Shown here in pieces: positions 28,132 to 37,701 of a stretch of DNA of 64,000 bases. Below the pieces are notes generated by a model. That model was not told the DNA's origin. It did no database searches and saw only the letters and a list, made by a program, of their open reading frames with translations. Source of the stretch: Kosmotogaceae bacterium (lineage in GTDB: Bacteria > Thermotogota > Thermotogae > Petrotogales > Kosmotogaceae). The stretch is from positions 4,930 through 68,929 of the forward strand of contig DLVL01000009.1 of assembly GCA_003444085.1 (NCBI GenBank), in the 5' to 3' direction. Within the stretch, counting starts at the first letter, position 1; every line of letters begins with the position of its first letter. The position numbers were made by a program, and so were the translations under genes.

Positions 28132-29103
28132 TCACCTCAGCTTCTTGATCGTGAAGAAGTCCTCGAATCTGATGACATCTTCATCTGTAATAATCATCTT
28201 CTCAACATATGCACTCTCAGCTATTGCCGCTGCCATCGCATGCTTAGCTGCCCCAAAGTAGTCATCAGGAGTTATCAACAGATGATGCACTGCACCAGCA
28301 ATCAGACTGTCTCCCGTCCCCAGTAGATGCGACCTTTCAACTTGTTCCTTGGTTGAAAGAAGCCAGGTTCCCTCTGAGGTAGCGATTACATCACCCTCTA
28401 TATGGAATGAGACAACAGCCATGAGCGATCCGCGACTTACTATTTCCTCCGCCGCACCCTGATAATCTTCCAACTCCACAAGCTCCTGTCCAAAAAGCTC
28501 CTGTGCACCACGCAAGTCAGGTTTGGCTATTGACACAGCACCACTTTCTACAGCTTTCTCAAACAGAGGCCCGACTGCCTCCACAATCACCACCTTGCCT
28601 TCGGCACGCGCTTCTTCGGAAAGAGTCGCGTAGAAGTCATCAGGAACACCCGGGGGAGCGCTTCCAGAAATCACTACGATTCTCGATCTTTTCAAACCAA
28701 TTCTGAATCTGCGCATGAACATTTCCAGGTCTTCCTCAGTTATTGAAGGCCCCACGGAGTTAATCTCCGTCATTGTATCGTTGATAGGATCGACAATCGT
28801 TATGTTCTCGCGAGTCTCTTCTTCAACATGAACAAAAGAAGTGGAAATTAGCGGACTTACCTCTCGGAGTCGTTCTTCAACAACTGTGCCGATAAAGCCT
28901 CCAATGAAACCTATTGCGAGACTCGGAACCTGCAGCCCTGACAATATAATAGATACGTTGACACCTTTGCCACCAGGTTGCATTACTGAGTACTTAGGGT
29001 TTTTGACCCGGTGAAGCCTGTCAACCTCCAGATTTTCAACAATCAATTCCCTATCCAGTGCAGGGTTCAACGTAACAGTGAGTACATCCACAGTAACCTC
29101 CAT
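28132..29103 (-). CDS. PfkB-family sugar kinase (1-phosphofructokinase / tagatose-6-P kinase-like)
   Basis: 323 aa. TVTLNPALDRE, GGKGVNV and C-terminal TGDSLIAGAV (PfkB signature 2) are present. Confidence 0.85.
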   Translation of the reverse strand: MEVTVDVLTVTLNPALDRELIVENLEVDRLHRVKNPKYSVMQPGGKGVNVSIILSGLQVPSLAIGFIGGFIGTVVEERLREVSPLISTSFVHVEEETRENITIVDPINDTMTEINSVGPSITEEDLEMFMRRFRIGLKRSRIVVISGSAPPGVPDDFYATLSEEARAEGKVVIVEAVGPLFEKAVESGAVSIAKPDLRGAQELFGQELVELEDYQGAAEEIVSRGSLMAVVSFHIEGDVIATSEGTWLLSTKEQVERSHLLGTGDSLIAGAVHHLLITPDDYFGAAKHAMAAAIAESAYVEKMIITDEDVIRFEDFFTIKKLR

Positions 29104-29112
29104 GCAGGCCGG

Positions 29113-29841
29113 TTATCTCACTAGAGCGCCGTCCTGGAGTACGAAGTCGAAGGGTGATCCAGTATACTGAATTTTACCATTTCGAAGCAGAATCATCAAA
29201 TCGGAAATCTCCAGAAGTCTTGTATAGGAGCGAGAAGACACCACAATCGTGTGTGTTGCCTTCCTTGCAGCAAGAATGTCTTTCAGAGTTGCAATCAGTT
29301 CATCGTCAAGGTGATCCAGTACGTTGTCGAAGATTATCACTTCAGGTTTTCTGAACACAACGGATAGTATCAGCAGTACTAACCTCTGAAAGGACGAAAG
29401 TGAATCTATTCCTGTTCTTGGATCTTCCTTGAGCAGTTCTGAAGCTCCCATCTTTTCGAACAGGTCGAGCTCTTCATCAGAGAACTCCGTAAAGGTGAAG
29501 CTCCTGCCTTTCGTGAGCCTGAAAAACTCAAGGATTGAAAACTGCCTTATCGCACCCAAGAAACTCGAATCTGTATATGCGACCCTTCCACGAAGATCCT
29601 TCGTATCCATCAAAGATACATCCTCACCAAAAAGAAGCGTCTTGCCACTGTAAGAAACATTTGGGATAAACTCTTCATTGAGTCTCAGAAAAGAGCGCAA
29701 TAACATCGACTTCCCGGCCCAACGCGAACCGACAACTAATGAAAGAGATGTCGCGGCGATATCGAGGTTGATATTACTGAGTACTTCTGTGCGACCTACG
29801 TGGAGGGAATAATCCACAAGAGAAAGAGCAACCTCACTCAC
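29113..29841 (-). CDS. PstB-like ABC ATPase paralog with degenerate catalytic motifs
   Basis: 242 aa, GTG start. Walker A is intact (GSRWAGKS). The signature LSGGQ is replaced by LSSFQ. Walker B reads VIIFDN (the catalytic Glu position is Asn). The H-loop His is absent (TIVVSSRS). No permease or binding-protein gene is adjacent. Confidence 0.7.
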   Translation of the reverse strand: MSEVALSLVDYSLHVGRTEVLSNINLDIAATSLSLVVGSRWAGKSMLLRSFLRLNEEFIPNVSYSGKTLLFGEDVSLMDTKDLRGRVAYTDSSFLGAIRQFSILEFFRLTKGRSFTFTEFSDEELDLFEKMGASELLKEDPRTGIDSLSSFQRLVLLILSVVFRKPEVIIFDNVLDHLDDELIATLKDILAARKATHTIVVSSRSYTRLLEISDLMILLRNGKIQYTGSPFDFVLQDGALVR

Positions 29842-29998
29842 TAGATTGCTTCTTCTCTGTTTCGCTGCTGGAAGAGAGGCGTTTCAGCATCTCTTCGTTT
29901 GCTTTTGAGTCACCATTTTTTGCCATTCTTATGAGATCTATTTGGGAGACGATTCTTGGACTGGTCGCGATAGGACGAGCCACTTTCTTCTGCGACAC
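29834..29998 (-). CDS. possible small protein (54 aa), hypothetical
   Basis: Own translation: VSQKKVARPIATSPRIVSQIDLIRMAKNGDSKANEEMLKRLSSSSETEKKQSSE. GTG at 29998 is preceded by GGAGAG with a 7-nt spacer. It overlaps the next gene by 8 nt and is below the track size cut-off. No family recognised. Confidence 0.3.
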   Translation of the reverse strand: MSQKKVARPIATSPRIVSQIDLIRMAKNGDSKANEEMLKRLSSSSETEKKQSSE

Positions 29999-30090
29999 CA
30001 AAATCACTCTCCTTCATCATCAATTGTAACTACATGTGATTGCTTCTTAATGATGCGCACTTGAAAAAACGGTTATAGATTGTCGAAGAA

Positions 30091-31311
30091 TCAGTCCTTC
30101 TTTGCGTTGTTCAGCATACCAAGAAGCGCCTTCAATTGCTTGCTTCGAGAAGGATGGCGCAGTTTTCGCAATGCCTTAACCTCTATCTGTCTTATGCGTT
30201 CTCTTGTAACATTAAAGAATTGCCCAACTTCTTCCAGCGTCTTGGTTTTTCCATCAAGCAAACCATAACGCATCTTCAGAACCATAGCTTCTCTGGGGCT
30301 CAACGTATCAAGAACCTGATCAATCTGTTCTCTGAGAAGCATCTTCATGGCTGATTCTTCAGGCCTCTCCAGGGATTCGTCATGGATGAAATCTCCCATC
30401 GTTGATTCCTCATCACCACTGATAGGAGACTCCAAAGACACAGTCTCTTTGGAAGCGGCAAGGATTTCCTCAATCTTCTCGGGTGTTTTTCCGGTCAATT
30501 TCCCAAGCTCTTCAACTGTTGGGTATTCTCCGTTTTCCTGCAGGTGCTCCCTGATAACTTTGTTCACTTTGTTTATCGTCTCTACCATATGAACAGGAAC
30601 GCGTATTGTTCTTGCCTGATCAGCTATGGCGCGAGTTATTGCCTGACGTATCCACCAGGTCGCATAAGTGCTGAATTTGTAGCCCTTTTTCCAATCGAAC
30701 TTCTCAACCGCCTTGATCAAACCGATATTGCCTTCCTGGATCAGGTCCAGAAAAGAGAGTCCTCTTCCGATGTACCGTTTAGCTATAGATACTACGAGAC
30801 GCAAGTTTGCCGTAATCAGTTCTTCGCGAGCTTTGGGATCGCCTTTCTGAGCACGCCTCGCAAGCTCCCTCTCTTTGCTGGGAGTCAGAAGAGATATCTT
30901 GCCGATCTCTTTCAGATACATCTTTATCGGATCCTTCAAAGAGATGTTGTCGTACATCTCTGGAGATGTTTCAAGAAGCGTTACGATCTCTTCTGTTTCG
31001 GTGTCATCACCGTCTACTTCGGAATTGGCTTCCTTTTCCAGGATCTTTATCCTGTTCTTCTCAAACTCCTCATAGATTATCTCAACCAGGGAAGAATCAA
31101 AGCCCTCATAGTCTGGCGGAAAGGCGTTGTCTATGTCTTCATATGTAACGAAACCTTTTTTTCTTCCGAGTTTCAGGAGTTTCTTGATCTGTTTCTGGAC
31201 ATCATCCCGGCTGAGCACCTGAGCTGCTTGTTCTCGCCCAGGTATTTTGATTTCCTTTACCCGCTTCTTTCGAATGTCCTCAGACTTGCTCTTTTCCAAT
31301 TCTCTCACCAT
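30091..31311 (-). CDS. rpoD: RNA polymerase primary sigma factor (sigma-70)
   Basis: 406 aa. Regions 1.2 to 4.2 are present, including [37 protein letters not shown] and the 4.2 [23 protein letters not shown]. Confidence 0.95.
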   Translation of the reverse strand: MVRELEKSKSEDIRKKRVKEIKIPGREQAAQVLSRDDVQKQIKKLLKLGRKKGFVTYEDIDNAFPPDYEGFDSSLVEIIYEEFEKNRIKILEKEANSEVDGDDTETEEIVTLLETSPEMYDNISLKDPIKMYLKEIGKISLLTPSKERELARRAQKGDPKAREELITANLRLVVSIAKRYIGRGLSFLDLIQEGNIGLIKAVEKFDWKKGYKFSTYATWWIRQAITRAIADQARTIRVPVHMVETINKVNKVIREHLQENGEYPTVEELGKLTGKTPEKIEEILAASKETVSLESPISGDEESTMGDFIHDESLERPEESAMKMLLREQIDQVLDTLSPREAMVLKMRYGLLDGKTKTLEEVGQFFNVTRERIRQIEVKALRKLRHPSRSKQLKALLGMLNNAKKD

Positions 31312-33016
31312 CCTTGCGAACTTCCTTCAGAAGCCTGTGAAGCTCAATGCTTCTTCTCATCAGGGCGTTTTTCGTCTCGACATCAATCTTCGCCCGCAGT
31401 TTTCTGTTGATCACTCTTATCTGCTCACTGATTATCTTCTTGTCAATACGTTCCTCAATCTGTTCGACAATTTGAGTTGCCACCAATTGATCAAGCGGCA
31501 CATCTGCCAGGTCCATTACTTCTTCTCCGGTTGAAGCATCACAGGCTCGCAACATCTCTTCCAGGTCTGCTTCCTTTCTCATAAGATCTGCGAGCTTTGC
31601 AAATGCTTCAGAACTCTCAAACAGGTCAAGAATCCTCATCAGTCTTGGACGCAAGTCAGGATGCTTCAAATAGACCATCATCAATTCCTTTTCAACAAGC
31701 TTAAGTGAGGAGCGTTTGGAACGTAGAGCAACCCTGATCCTTTCAGGATTCTTAAGGGTATTGGCGATCAGTTCTTCATCGACATCCGTCAAATCAGAAA
31801 GAGTTGAGACCATTTGCTGAAATGAACCTATCCTTCCACTGGCCCGATATGACTCCATTAAAGGCCTGGCAAGTTCGAGCAGCTTCTGTCTTCCCTCCGG
31901 AGTAGTAAGATCAACATTGCGTTTCAGAAGTTCAACAAGAAATACTGGCGCCGGGGTGCCTTCCTCAAGGGCTCCTCTAAGAGCCTTTTTCCCTTTCCTT
32001 ACAAGCATTTCGGCAGGATCTTTCGTCGTTGCGGAGACAACAGCGACTTGCATACCACTACTCTCTGCGATTTCTATAGATCTCCTTGTCGCTTTTAGAC
32101 CAGCTGGGTCACTGTCAAGGAAGAGAACCAGATTTTCTGTAACCTTCGAGATCATGCGAATATGCGAGGACGTTAAGGCAGTACCTAGCAAACCAACGAC
32201 ATTATGCACCCCTGCTTCGTGAAGGGCAAGCACATCAAAATAGCCTTCCACCACGACCATGAAATCCAGTTCTGCAGAAGCTGTCTTCGCGCGAGAGAAA
32301 TTGTACAGTGTGCGGCTTTTCCTGAAGTATTTTGTCTCGGGAGAGTTCAGATACTTTGGGCCTTCCCTTTCTTCAAGGATACGCGCCCCTATTGCTACTG
32401 TTCTTCCTGATTCGTTGTCTATTGGAAAGATCAAACGTCCCTCAAAACGTTCTCTGGCTGCCGCTCCCTTACCACTGAAGAGTCCGGCACGTTCTATCTC
32501 ATCACTCCTGAAACCTTGTGAAGAAAGAGCTCTTCTTAGACCTGTCCCTTTCTCCGGAGAAAAACCTATCTTGAAGTGACGCATTGTCTCCCTGGATATG
32601 CCTCGCTTTTCTGTAAGATAATTCACTGGACCAGACTCTGCTGCCTGGTCAATCATCCGCCTGTAGTAGTCAACTGCACATTCAAGAAGTGTAACGTATC
32701 TTTCATACCCTGATTGCTGTCTGGATTCCGACTCAATAACCACACCGGCTATATCAGCCAGCCTTCTGACGGAATCATTGAAAGAGACATCTTCAATCTT
32801 CTGAAGAAATGCTATTATGTCGCCGCTTTCGCCACAACCAAAGCAATGGAAGAAGCCTTTGTTCGGATGCACATAGAAGGAAGGGTCGTTATCACTGTGA
32901 AAAGGGCATAGCCCCCGAAAATAGCTTCCTGATTTCTCCAGGTTGACGTACCTGCCGATGAAGTCGACGATGTCCACAGAACGCTTGACTTCGTCAATTG
33001 TACTTTTGCTGTACAA
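31280..33016 (-). CDS. dnaG: DNA primase
   Basis: 578 aa. Zinc ribbon [13 protein letters not shown]...FHCFGCG and a Toprim domain ([22 protein letters not shown]) are present. The dnaG-rpoD arrangement is classic. Confidence 0.93.
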   Translation of the reverse strand: MYSKSTIDEVKRSVDIVDFIGRYVNLEKSGSYFRGLCPFHSDNDPSFYVHPNKGFFHCFGCGESGDIIAFLQKIEDVSFNDSVRRLADIAGVVIESESRQQSGYERYVTLLECAVDYYRRMIDQAAESGPVNYLTEKRGISRETMRHFKIGFSPEKGTGLRRALSSQGFRSDEIERAGLFSGKGAAARERFEGRLIFPIDNESGRTVAIGARILEEREGPKYLNSPETKYFRKSRTLYNFSRAKTASAELDFMVVVEGYFDVLALHEAGVHNVVGLLGTALTSSHIRMISKVTENLVLFLDSDPAGLKATRRSIEIAESSGMQVAVVSATTKDPAEMLVRKGKKALRGALEEGTPAPVFLVELLKRNVDLTTPEGRQKLLELARPLMESYRASGRIGSFQQMVSTLSDLTDVDEELIANTLKNPERIRVALRSKRSSLKLVEKELMMVYLKHPDLRPRLMRILDLFESSEAFAKLADLMRKEADLEEMLRACDASTGEEVMDLADVPLDQLVATQIVEQIEERIDKKIISEQIRVINRKLRAKIDVETKNALMRRSIELHRLLKEVRKDGERIGKEQV

Positions 33017-33074
33017 ATCACCACCACCGGGAAATGATGGGCCTTAACGACCCATCATAAAAGAAACTCTGCAG

Positions 33075-33479
33075 TTATCTCTTGGAGTATTGAGGAGCTT
33101 TTCTTGCCTTCTTCAGACCGTACTTCTTTCGCTCGACCATTCTTGAGTCACGGGTAAGAAGACCATCGCTCTTGAGGATCTTTCTGAGGTCGGGGTTGAA
33201 TCTGGTAAGTGCTCTTGCGATACCTAATCTTATCGCACCAGCCTGTCCTGATAACCCTCCACCATTAACACGAATGATCATGTCAAACTTTCCCAGAGAT
33301 TCAGTCATTACCACGGGCTTTAGTGCGTATCTCACCCATGCATCGTTGTTCAGGTAGTCCTTAAGCTCATTGTACTGCTTGCCATTTATTGTAAATCTAC
33401 CATCCCCTGGTCTGAGATGAACTCTAGCAACAGCCGACTTGCGCCGCCCAGTTCCATAATAATCAATCTTTTCGGCCAT
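33075..33479 (-). CDS. rpsI: 30S ribosomal protein S9
   Basis: 134 aa. [12 protein letters not shown] ... [19 protein letters not shown] ... [17 protein letters not shown]. Confidence 0.95.
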   Translation of the reverse strand: MAEKIDYYGTGRRKSAVARVHLRPGDGRFTINGKQYNELKDYLNNDAWVRYALKPVVMTESLGKFDMIIRVNGGGLSGQAGAIRLGIARALTRFNPDLRKILKSDGLLTRDSRMVERKKYGLKKARKAPQYSKR

Positions 33480-33490
33480 AATATCCTCCC

Positions 33491-34015
33491 TTACCTGACA
33501 AGTTCAATCGGTTCCGGCTTCTGCGCTGAATGCTTGTGCTCAGGACCCGCATAGACCTTCAGTTTTTTGAGCATCCTGTGTGCCAGCGTGTTCTTCGGAA
33601 GCATTCTCCTCACTGCCAGTTTGATCATCTTCTCGGGATGCTTCTTCCTCATCTGAGATGCTGGTACGCTCTTTATGCCCCCTGGATAACCGGAGTGACT
33701 GTAATAGAACTTGTCCGAGAGCTTATTCCCGGTCAGAAGGACCTCTGAGGAGTTGATCACAACCACAAAATCGCCGACATCAACATTTGGTGTGTAGTAC
33801 GGCTTGTGTTTGCCCATGAGAATAACCGCTATCCGAGAAGCGAGTCTGCCAAGAGGAACTCCCTTGGCGTCAACCAGATACCACTTCTTCTCAAGAGGTG
33901 TTCCATCAGCCTTCACGATGCTTCTGTTTATCTTCTCAATATCACCTTTTCGCTTTGTGCTGACTATCTTTTTGTCGCTCTTCATTCTGCAAAATGGAGT
34001 CTTCTGTATCGTCAT
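33491..34015 (-). CDS. rplM: 50S ribosomal protein L13 (with about 30-aa basic N-terminal extension)
   Basis: [32 protein letters not shown] is the L13 core. Start set to ATG 34015 (SD GGAGGA 8 nt upstream). The track start 34030 lies within the SD. Confidence 0.92.
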   Translation of the reverse strand: MTIQKTPFCRMKSDKKIVSTKRKGDIEKINRSIVKADGTPLEKKWYLVDAKGVPLGRLASRIAVILMGKHKPYYTPNVDVGDFVVVINSSEVLLTGNKLSDKFYYSHSGYPGGIKSVPASQMRKKHPEKMIKLAVRRMLPKNTLAHRMLKKLKVYAGPEHKHSAQKPEPIELVR

Positions 34016-34037
34016 ATGATCATCCTCCAACCTGACC

Positions 34038-34301
34038 TCAAATACTCTCAGTCATTTCGTAGACACTTACAATCTTGCGCTTTCGTTTTGTCTCGAAACG
34101 AACAATACCATCTACGAGTGAGTAAAGTGTGTGATCTCGACCTATTCCAACGTTCTCTCCAGGATGAATTCTCGTTCCCCTCTGTCTGAGGATTATCGTT
34201 CCAGCCCGGACTCTGGAGCTGTCTCCCCTCTTTACACCGAGGTATTTTGGATTGCTATCATTTCCATTTCTTGCTGCGCCGCCACTTTTCTTGTGAGCCA
34301 T
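34038..34301 (-). CDS. rpmA: 50S ribosomal protein L27
   Basis: [25 protein letters not shown]... There is no N-terminal propeptide, consistent with the absence of a Prp protease gene between rplU and rpmA. Confidence 0.95.
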   Translation of the reverse strand: MAHKKSGGAARNGNDSNPKYLGVKRGDSSRVRAGTIILRQRGTRIHPGENVGIGRDHTLYSLVDGIVRFETKRKRKIVSVYEMTESI

Positions 34302-34318
34302 GATTACACCCCCTCAGC

Positions 34319-34633
34319 CTAGTAATCGATCTTCTGGATTGTGACCTTTGTAAGCCACTGCCTGTGGCCTCTCACGCGGTCATAACTCTTTCTCGGGCGG
34401 AACTTCACTATTAACTCTTTCTTATCGCGAAAGTGCTGTTCCACACGACCCATCACCCGAGCACCATCAAGATAGGGGGTACCTATGCGTGCGCCTTCAT
34501 CGTCTCTCACGAGTAGGACACGGTCAAACGTTATCTCGTCCCCCTCGTCATAACCGTTCTGTCTCAGGGTATACAGCGTCGCGCCTTCTTCGACACGATA
34601 CTGCCTCCCGGAGGTTTCAATTATTGCGTACAT
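34319..34633 (-). CDS. rplU: 50S ribosomal protein L21
   Basis: MYAIIETSGRQYRVEEG... Start at ATG 34633 (SD GGAGGTG 9 nt upstream) rather than the track start 34663. Confidence 0.93.
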   Translation of the reverse strand: MYAIIETSGRQYRVEEGATLYTLRQNGYDEGDEITFDRVLLVRDDEGARIGTPYLDGARVMGRVEQHFRDKKELIVKFRPRKSYDRVRGHRQWLTKVTIQKIDY

Positions 34634-34830
34634 AAACTCTCGCACCTCCAATGCAATAAACATCTGCTGACGCAGGTGCCGGATGGCTTATACCTGCCTC
34701 AAGCATCGCGAATAATACCCACGCAATTGTATCATATTTCAGCACTCTGATCAGTTGATATCGTAAAGAAATCATTAACGAATTACTTGTGTATCCTCTT
34801 GTTTACGCTCGTGCCAATCTCGCGCCGCCG

Positions 34831-34839
34831 TGCTATAAT
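34831..34839 (+). promoter_or_regulatory. extended -10 element (TGCTATAAT) upstream of tRNA-Ser
   Basis: TGnTATAAT lies 12 nt before the tRNA 5' end. I found no good -35. Confidence 0.45.
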
Positions 34840-34851
34840 CGCTTCTGATCT

Positions 34852-34939
34852 GGAGGCGTATCCTAATTGGCTAAGGAGCCGGTCTCGAAAATCGGTGGGG
34901 TTTTGCCCCTTGTGGGTTCGAGTCCCACCGCCTCCGCCA
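34852..34939 (+). tRNA. tRNA-Ser (anticodon CGA), CCA encoded
   Basis: Hand-folded. Acceptor GGAGGCG/CGCCTCC. Anticodon stem CCGGT/ATCGG with loop CTCGAAA. Long variable arm TGGGGTTTTGCCCCTT. T-arm GTGGG-TTCGAGT-CCCAC. Discriminator G + CCA. Confidence 0.9.
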
Positions 34940-34965
34940 GTTCCTCCAACCGTGCAGGTGATAGG

Positions 34966-36981
34966 ATGATAATTCACGATCTTCTCACACACATGAAACA
35001 GCGTATCTCAAGGGCTACCAATGATTATCTTATTCCCCGCGAGTGGCTACCATCAAATTATGCAGGAGATGCTGAGGTCACAGACAGAGGGGTCCTTGTG
35101 AACCCTTACGAATTCGCGTCTACCTTGCTTTCCGGTTTTCTTCTCTCTTCAAAGACCAACTACAATAAAGTGCCATGTTCTGGCACTGATGAGCCTGCCA
35201 AAGATAGCTCATGGATCCACAGATCAAGGATCTACTGTTCTTTTGTTAGAAGCACATGCGCTTTCTCACACTGCCATCATACCAAACCAGCAAGCAATGA
35301 AAAGTCTGATTACACCGACAGAGGTACGTTTCTGAAGATGATCTTTATGCTCCCGTACATATCACACATGCACTTCGATTGCATCTATCTTCTTCCCATA
35401 ACACTCATCAGCAATAGATACAAGAAAGGTGAACTCGGGTCTCCGTATTCAGTCAAGGACTTCTTTAGCCCCGACCCCTGCTACCACGACAGTCTATTGG
35501 ATGGCTTCACTGTGGAAGAGGAATTTCAGGCGTTTGTCGAAGCATGTCACGCTCTTGAAATCAAGGTCCTTCTGGATTTCATGCCACGCACCGCTGCCCG
35601 TGACTCGGAGATGATTGCAGATCATCCAGAGTGGTTCTATTGGATAGATGCTTCCGTGGAAAATCAATACGGCCAGCCCCAAGTTCCAGGTTTGGATTTC
35701 AAAGTCCCTTCAAAGGAAGACCTTGAAGCGATCTATAAATCTGATTCCGTGCAAAGACATCTGAAGCTCTTCAGATACGCTCCTTCTGTAACACATCCTG
35801 AGAAGTGGGCAAACTTTGTGAAATCAAGGCGAAATTCTTCTGACTTCTTCGATGAACTCGTTCAGACGTTTGGAGTTGTGACAGCCCCTGCCTTCTCTGA
35901 CTGGATCAATGATACACAACCTGCATGGACCGATATTACGTTTCTCCGTTTGTATCTCGACAATCCCAGAGACTCGCAACCATTCATCAAGAGCCACGAC
36001 CAGCCTCCTTACATACTGCAGGACATAATCAAGGCTTCCAATTTCCCTGGGAACATTCCAAACACCGACCTGTGGAGTCTCCTTGAAGACATAATGCCGC
36101 ACTACATTCGTGAATACGGCATTGACGGTGCTCGATTGGATATGGGGCACGCGCTGCCTGACGAACTTGAACACTCCATACTAGCGAACGCAAGACAACA
36201 AGACCCGGCTTTCGCCATAATCGCCGAAGAGTTACAGATGGAAAAGGATGTAGAAAGCAAGAAGGCTGGATATGACTGTATTCTCGGCAATACCTGGTGG
36301 ATGATGCCGCGTATTCAGGAGAACAGATTCCAGCAAATGGTAACAGAGGTTCTGCCCAGACTGGAGCTACCGACACTGGCATGTTGCGAAACTCCAGATA
36401 CTCCGAGGTCTGCGGCAAGAGCTCATGGGAAGGATTTCTCAACAATGATGACTATCCTGAGCTTCTTTCTACCTAATGCAATACCTTTTGTCAATTCAGG
36501 ACAGGAAATCTTCGAAGTGCAGCCGATGAACCTTGGACTTGACAACAACCCGGAGGGTCGTTTCGTCTTGCCAGAAGATGATCCCCTCTACGGAAAGCTT
36601 GCCTTCTTCGACAACTACGCTCTGCACTGGAATACAACCGAGAACCTCATTGATGCTATTGCAACCGCTGCAGAACTCCATGGCAACTCAAAGAACCTGC
36701 TGAACAAAGACAATATGAGGATTCTTTTGGACGATGAGTCACGTCTTTCTGGACTGATTTACTGGGATGGACACAAAGGAATTTTAGTGCTGTTGAACAC
36801 TGATTTCACCAATAACAAGTACGAGTCAGTTGATCTTGGATATCATACCTGGAAAGACTTTCACCGCGTCTCGTGGTCTATCAGAGATTCTCAGCCATTT
36901 TCTCAGCCACCACATATGATTGGATCAAGGCTGGAAGTGTTTCTGAGACCCGGTAAAACGGTTGTTGCTTCGATAGAATAA
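34966..36981 (+). CDS. GH13-family alpha-glucan-active enzyme (alpha-amylase / GlgE-like)
   Basis: 671 aa from ATG 34966 (the track ORF starts inside the tRNA). GH13 regions are present: GTFLKM...DCIYLLPI, KVLLDFMPRT(A), GIDGARLDMGHAL (nucleophile Asp) and FAIIAEEL (acid/base Glu). HPEWFYW is reminiscent of GlgE-type enzymes. Specificity not callable. Confidence 0.8.
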   Translation: MIIHDLLTHMKQRISRATNDYLIPREWLPSNYAGDAEVTDRGVLVNPYEFASTLLSGFLLSSKTNYNKVPCSGTDEPAKDSSWIHRSRIYCSFVRSTCAFSHCHHTKPASNEKSDYTDRGTFLKMIFMLPYISHMHFDCIYLLPITLISNRYKKGELGSPYSVKDFFSPDPCYHDSLLDGFTVEEEFQAFVEACHALEIKVLLDFMPRTAARDSEMIADHPEWFYWIDASVENQYGQPQVPGLDFKVPSKEDLEAIYKSDSVQRHLKLFRYAPSVTHPEKWANFVKSRRNSSDFFDELVQTFGVVTAPAFSDWINDTQPAWTDITFLRLYLDNPRDSQPFIKSHDQPPYILQDIIKASNFPGNIPNTDLWSLLEDIMPHYIREYGIDGARLDMGHALPDELEHSILANARQQDPAFAIIAEELQMEKDVESKKAGYDCILGNTWWMMPRIQENRFQQMVTEVLPRLELPTLACCETPDTPRSAARAHGKDFSTMMTILSFFLPNAIPFVNSGQEIFEVQPMNLGLDNNPEGRFVLPEDDPLYGKLAFFDNYALHWNTTENLIDAIATAAELHGNSKNLLNKDNMRILLDDESRLSGLIYWDGHKGILVLLNTDFTNNKYESVDLGYHTWKDFHRVSWSIRDSQPFSQPPHMIGSRLEVFLRPGKTVVASIE

Positions 36982-36985
36982 AACT

Positions 36986-37249
36986 TCACTTACGGGGTTT
37001 GACTAGCAGTCGTATTGCCGTTCTGACTTCACCTTCAATATCAACATCAGAAAACGATGGATAACAGACAAGATCCACTCCGCTCGGCGCAAGATAGCCC
37101 CTTGCAATAGCTATCGCCTTTATAGACTGGTTAACGGCACCGGCACCGATCGCCTGCAACTCCACTATTCCTTTTTCCCGGATCACTCCGGCGAGTGCAC
37201 CAGCAACTGCGTTGGGGTTGGACTTCGATGCTACCTTGAGAATCTCCAT
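36986..37249 (-). CDS. spoVS: SpoVS-family protein (stage V sporulation protein S homolog)
   Basis: 87 aa. MEILKVASKSNPNAVAGALAGVIREKGIVELQAIGAGAVNQSIKAIAIARGYL is near-canonical SpoVS. SD GGGAGG. It starts 32 nt after the last tRNA of the cluster. Confidence 0.85.
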   Translation of the reverse strand: MEILKVASKSNPNAVAGALAGVIREKGIVELQAIGAGAVNQSIKAIAIARGYLAPSGVDLVCYPSFSDVDIEGEVRTAIRLLVKPRK

Positions 37250-37281
37250 CCTCTGTTACCTCCCTCGGCGATCTGGTTCTA

Positions 37282-37358
37282 TGGTGCGCCCGGCAGGAGT
37301 TGAACCTGCAACCCTCGGATCCGAAGTCCGATGCTCTATCCAATTGAGCCACGGACGC
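37282..37358 (-). tRNA. tRNA-Arg (anticodon TCG), CCA encoded
   Basis: rc: GCGTCCGTGGCTCAATTGGATAGAGCATCGGACTTCGGATCCGAGGGTTGCAGGTTCAACTCCTGCCGGGCGCACCA. Anticodon loop CTTCGGA. Confidence 0.9.
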
Positions 37359-37366
37359 CAGTAATC

Positions 37367-37443
37367 TGGGGTGGCTGGCGGGATTTGAACCCGCGACCAC
37401 CTGATCCACAGTCAGGCGCTCTGCCAGCTGAGCTACAACCACC
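37367..37443 (-). tRNA. tRNA-His (anticodon GTG) with encoded G-1, CCA encoded
   Basis: rc: GGTGGTTGTAGCTCAGCTGGCAGAGCGCCTGACTGTGGATCAGGTGGTCGCGGGTTCAAATCCCGCCAGCCACCCCA. Anticodon loop CTGTGGA. The extra 5' G lies opposite C73. Confidence 0.9.
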
Positions 37444-37454
37444 ACGGTACGTCT

Positions 37455-37530
37455 TGGTGCGCCCGGCAGGAATCGAACCTGCAACCCTCGGATTAGAAGT
37501 CCGATGCTCTATCCGTTGAGCCACGGGCGC
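37455..37530 (-). tRNA. tRNA-Arg (anticodon TCT), CCA encoded
   Basis: rc: GCGCCCGTGGCTCAACGGATAGAGCATCGGACTTCTAATCCGAGGGTTGCAGGTTCGATTCCTGCCGGGCGCACCA. Anticodon loop CTTCTAA. Confidence 0.9.
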
Positions 37531-37606
37531 TGGAGCGGCCGACGGGGATCGAACCCGCAACCCTCGGCTTGGAAGGCCGATACTCTACCAGTTGAGCTAC
37601 AGCCGC
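37531..37606 (-). tRNA. tRNA-Gly (anticodon TCC), CCA encoded
   Basis: rc: GCGGCTGTAGCTCAACTGGTAGAGTATCGGCCTTCCAAGCCGAGGGTTGCGGGTTCGATCCCCGTCGGCCGCTCCA. Anticodon loop CTTCCAA. Its CCA abuts the next tRNA with a 0-nt spacer. Confidence 0.9.
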
Positions 37607-37615
37607 ATCGTTAAC

Positions 37616-37691
37616 TGGTCGGGGAGACTGGACTTGAACCAGCGACCTCCTGTGCCCAAGACAGGCGCGCTTCCGTCTGCGCTACTCCCCG
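37616..37691 (-). tRNA. tRNA-Pro (anticodon TGG), CCA encoded
   Basis: rc: CGGGGAGTAGCGCAGACGGAAGCGCGCCTGTCTTGGGCACAGGAGGTCGCTGGTTCAAGTCCAGTCTCCCCGACCA. Anticodon loop CTTGGGC. Confidence 0.9.
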
Positions 37692-37701
37692 CAGCAGATA
37701 A

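Noticed and set aside
30544-31410. 288-aa plus-strand ORF
   Set aside because: It is antisense to rpoD and the 3' end of dnaG, both unambiguous. Low-complexity F/L/S-rich translation, so a shadow ORF.
34867-34965. N-terminal 33 codons of the 704-aa track ORF
   Set aside because: These codons are read through tRNA-Ser(CGA). The real GH13 start is ATG 34966, behind an AGGTGA SD.
37131-37560. 117-aa and 74-aa minus-strand ORFs and a 62-aa plus-strand ORF over 37131-37560
   Set aside because: They are translations of the five-tRNA cluster (GC-rich and stop-free by chance), not coding sequence.
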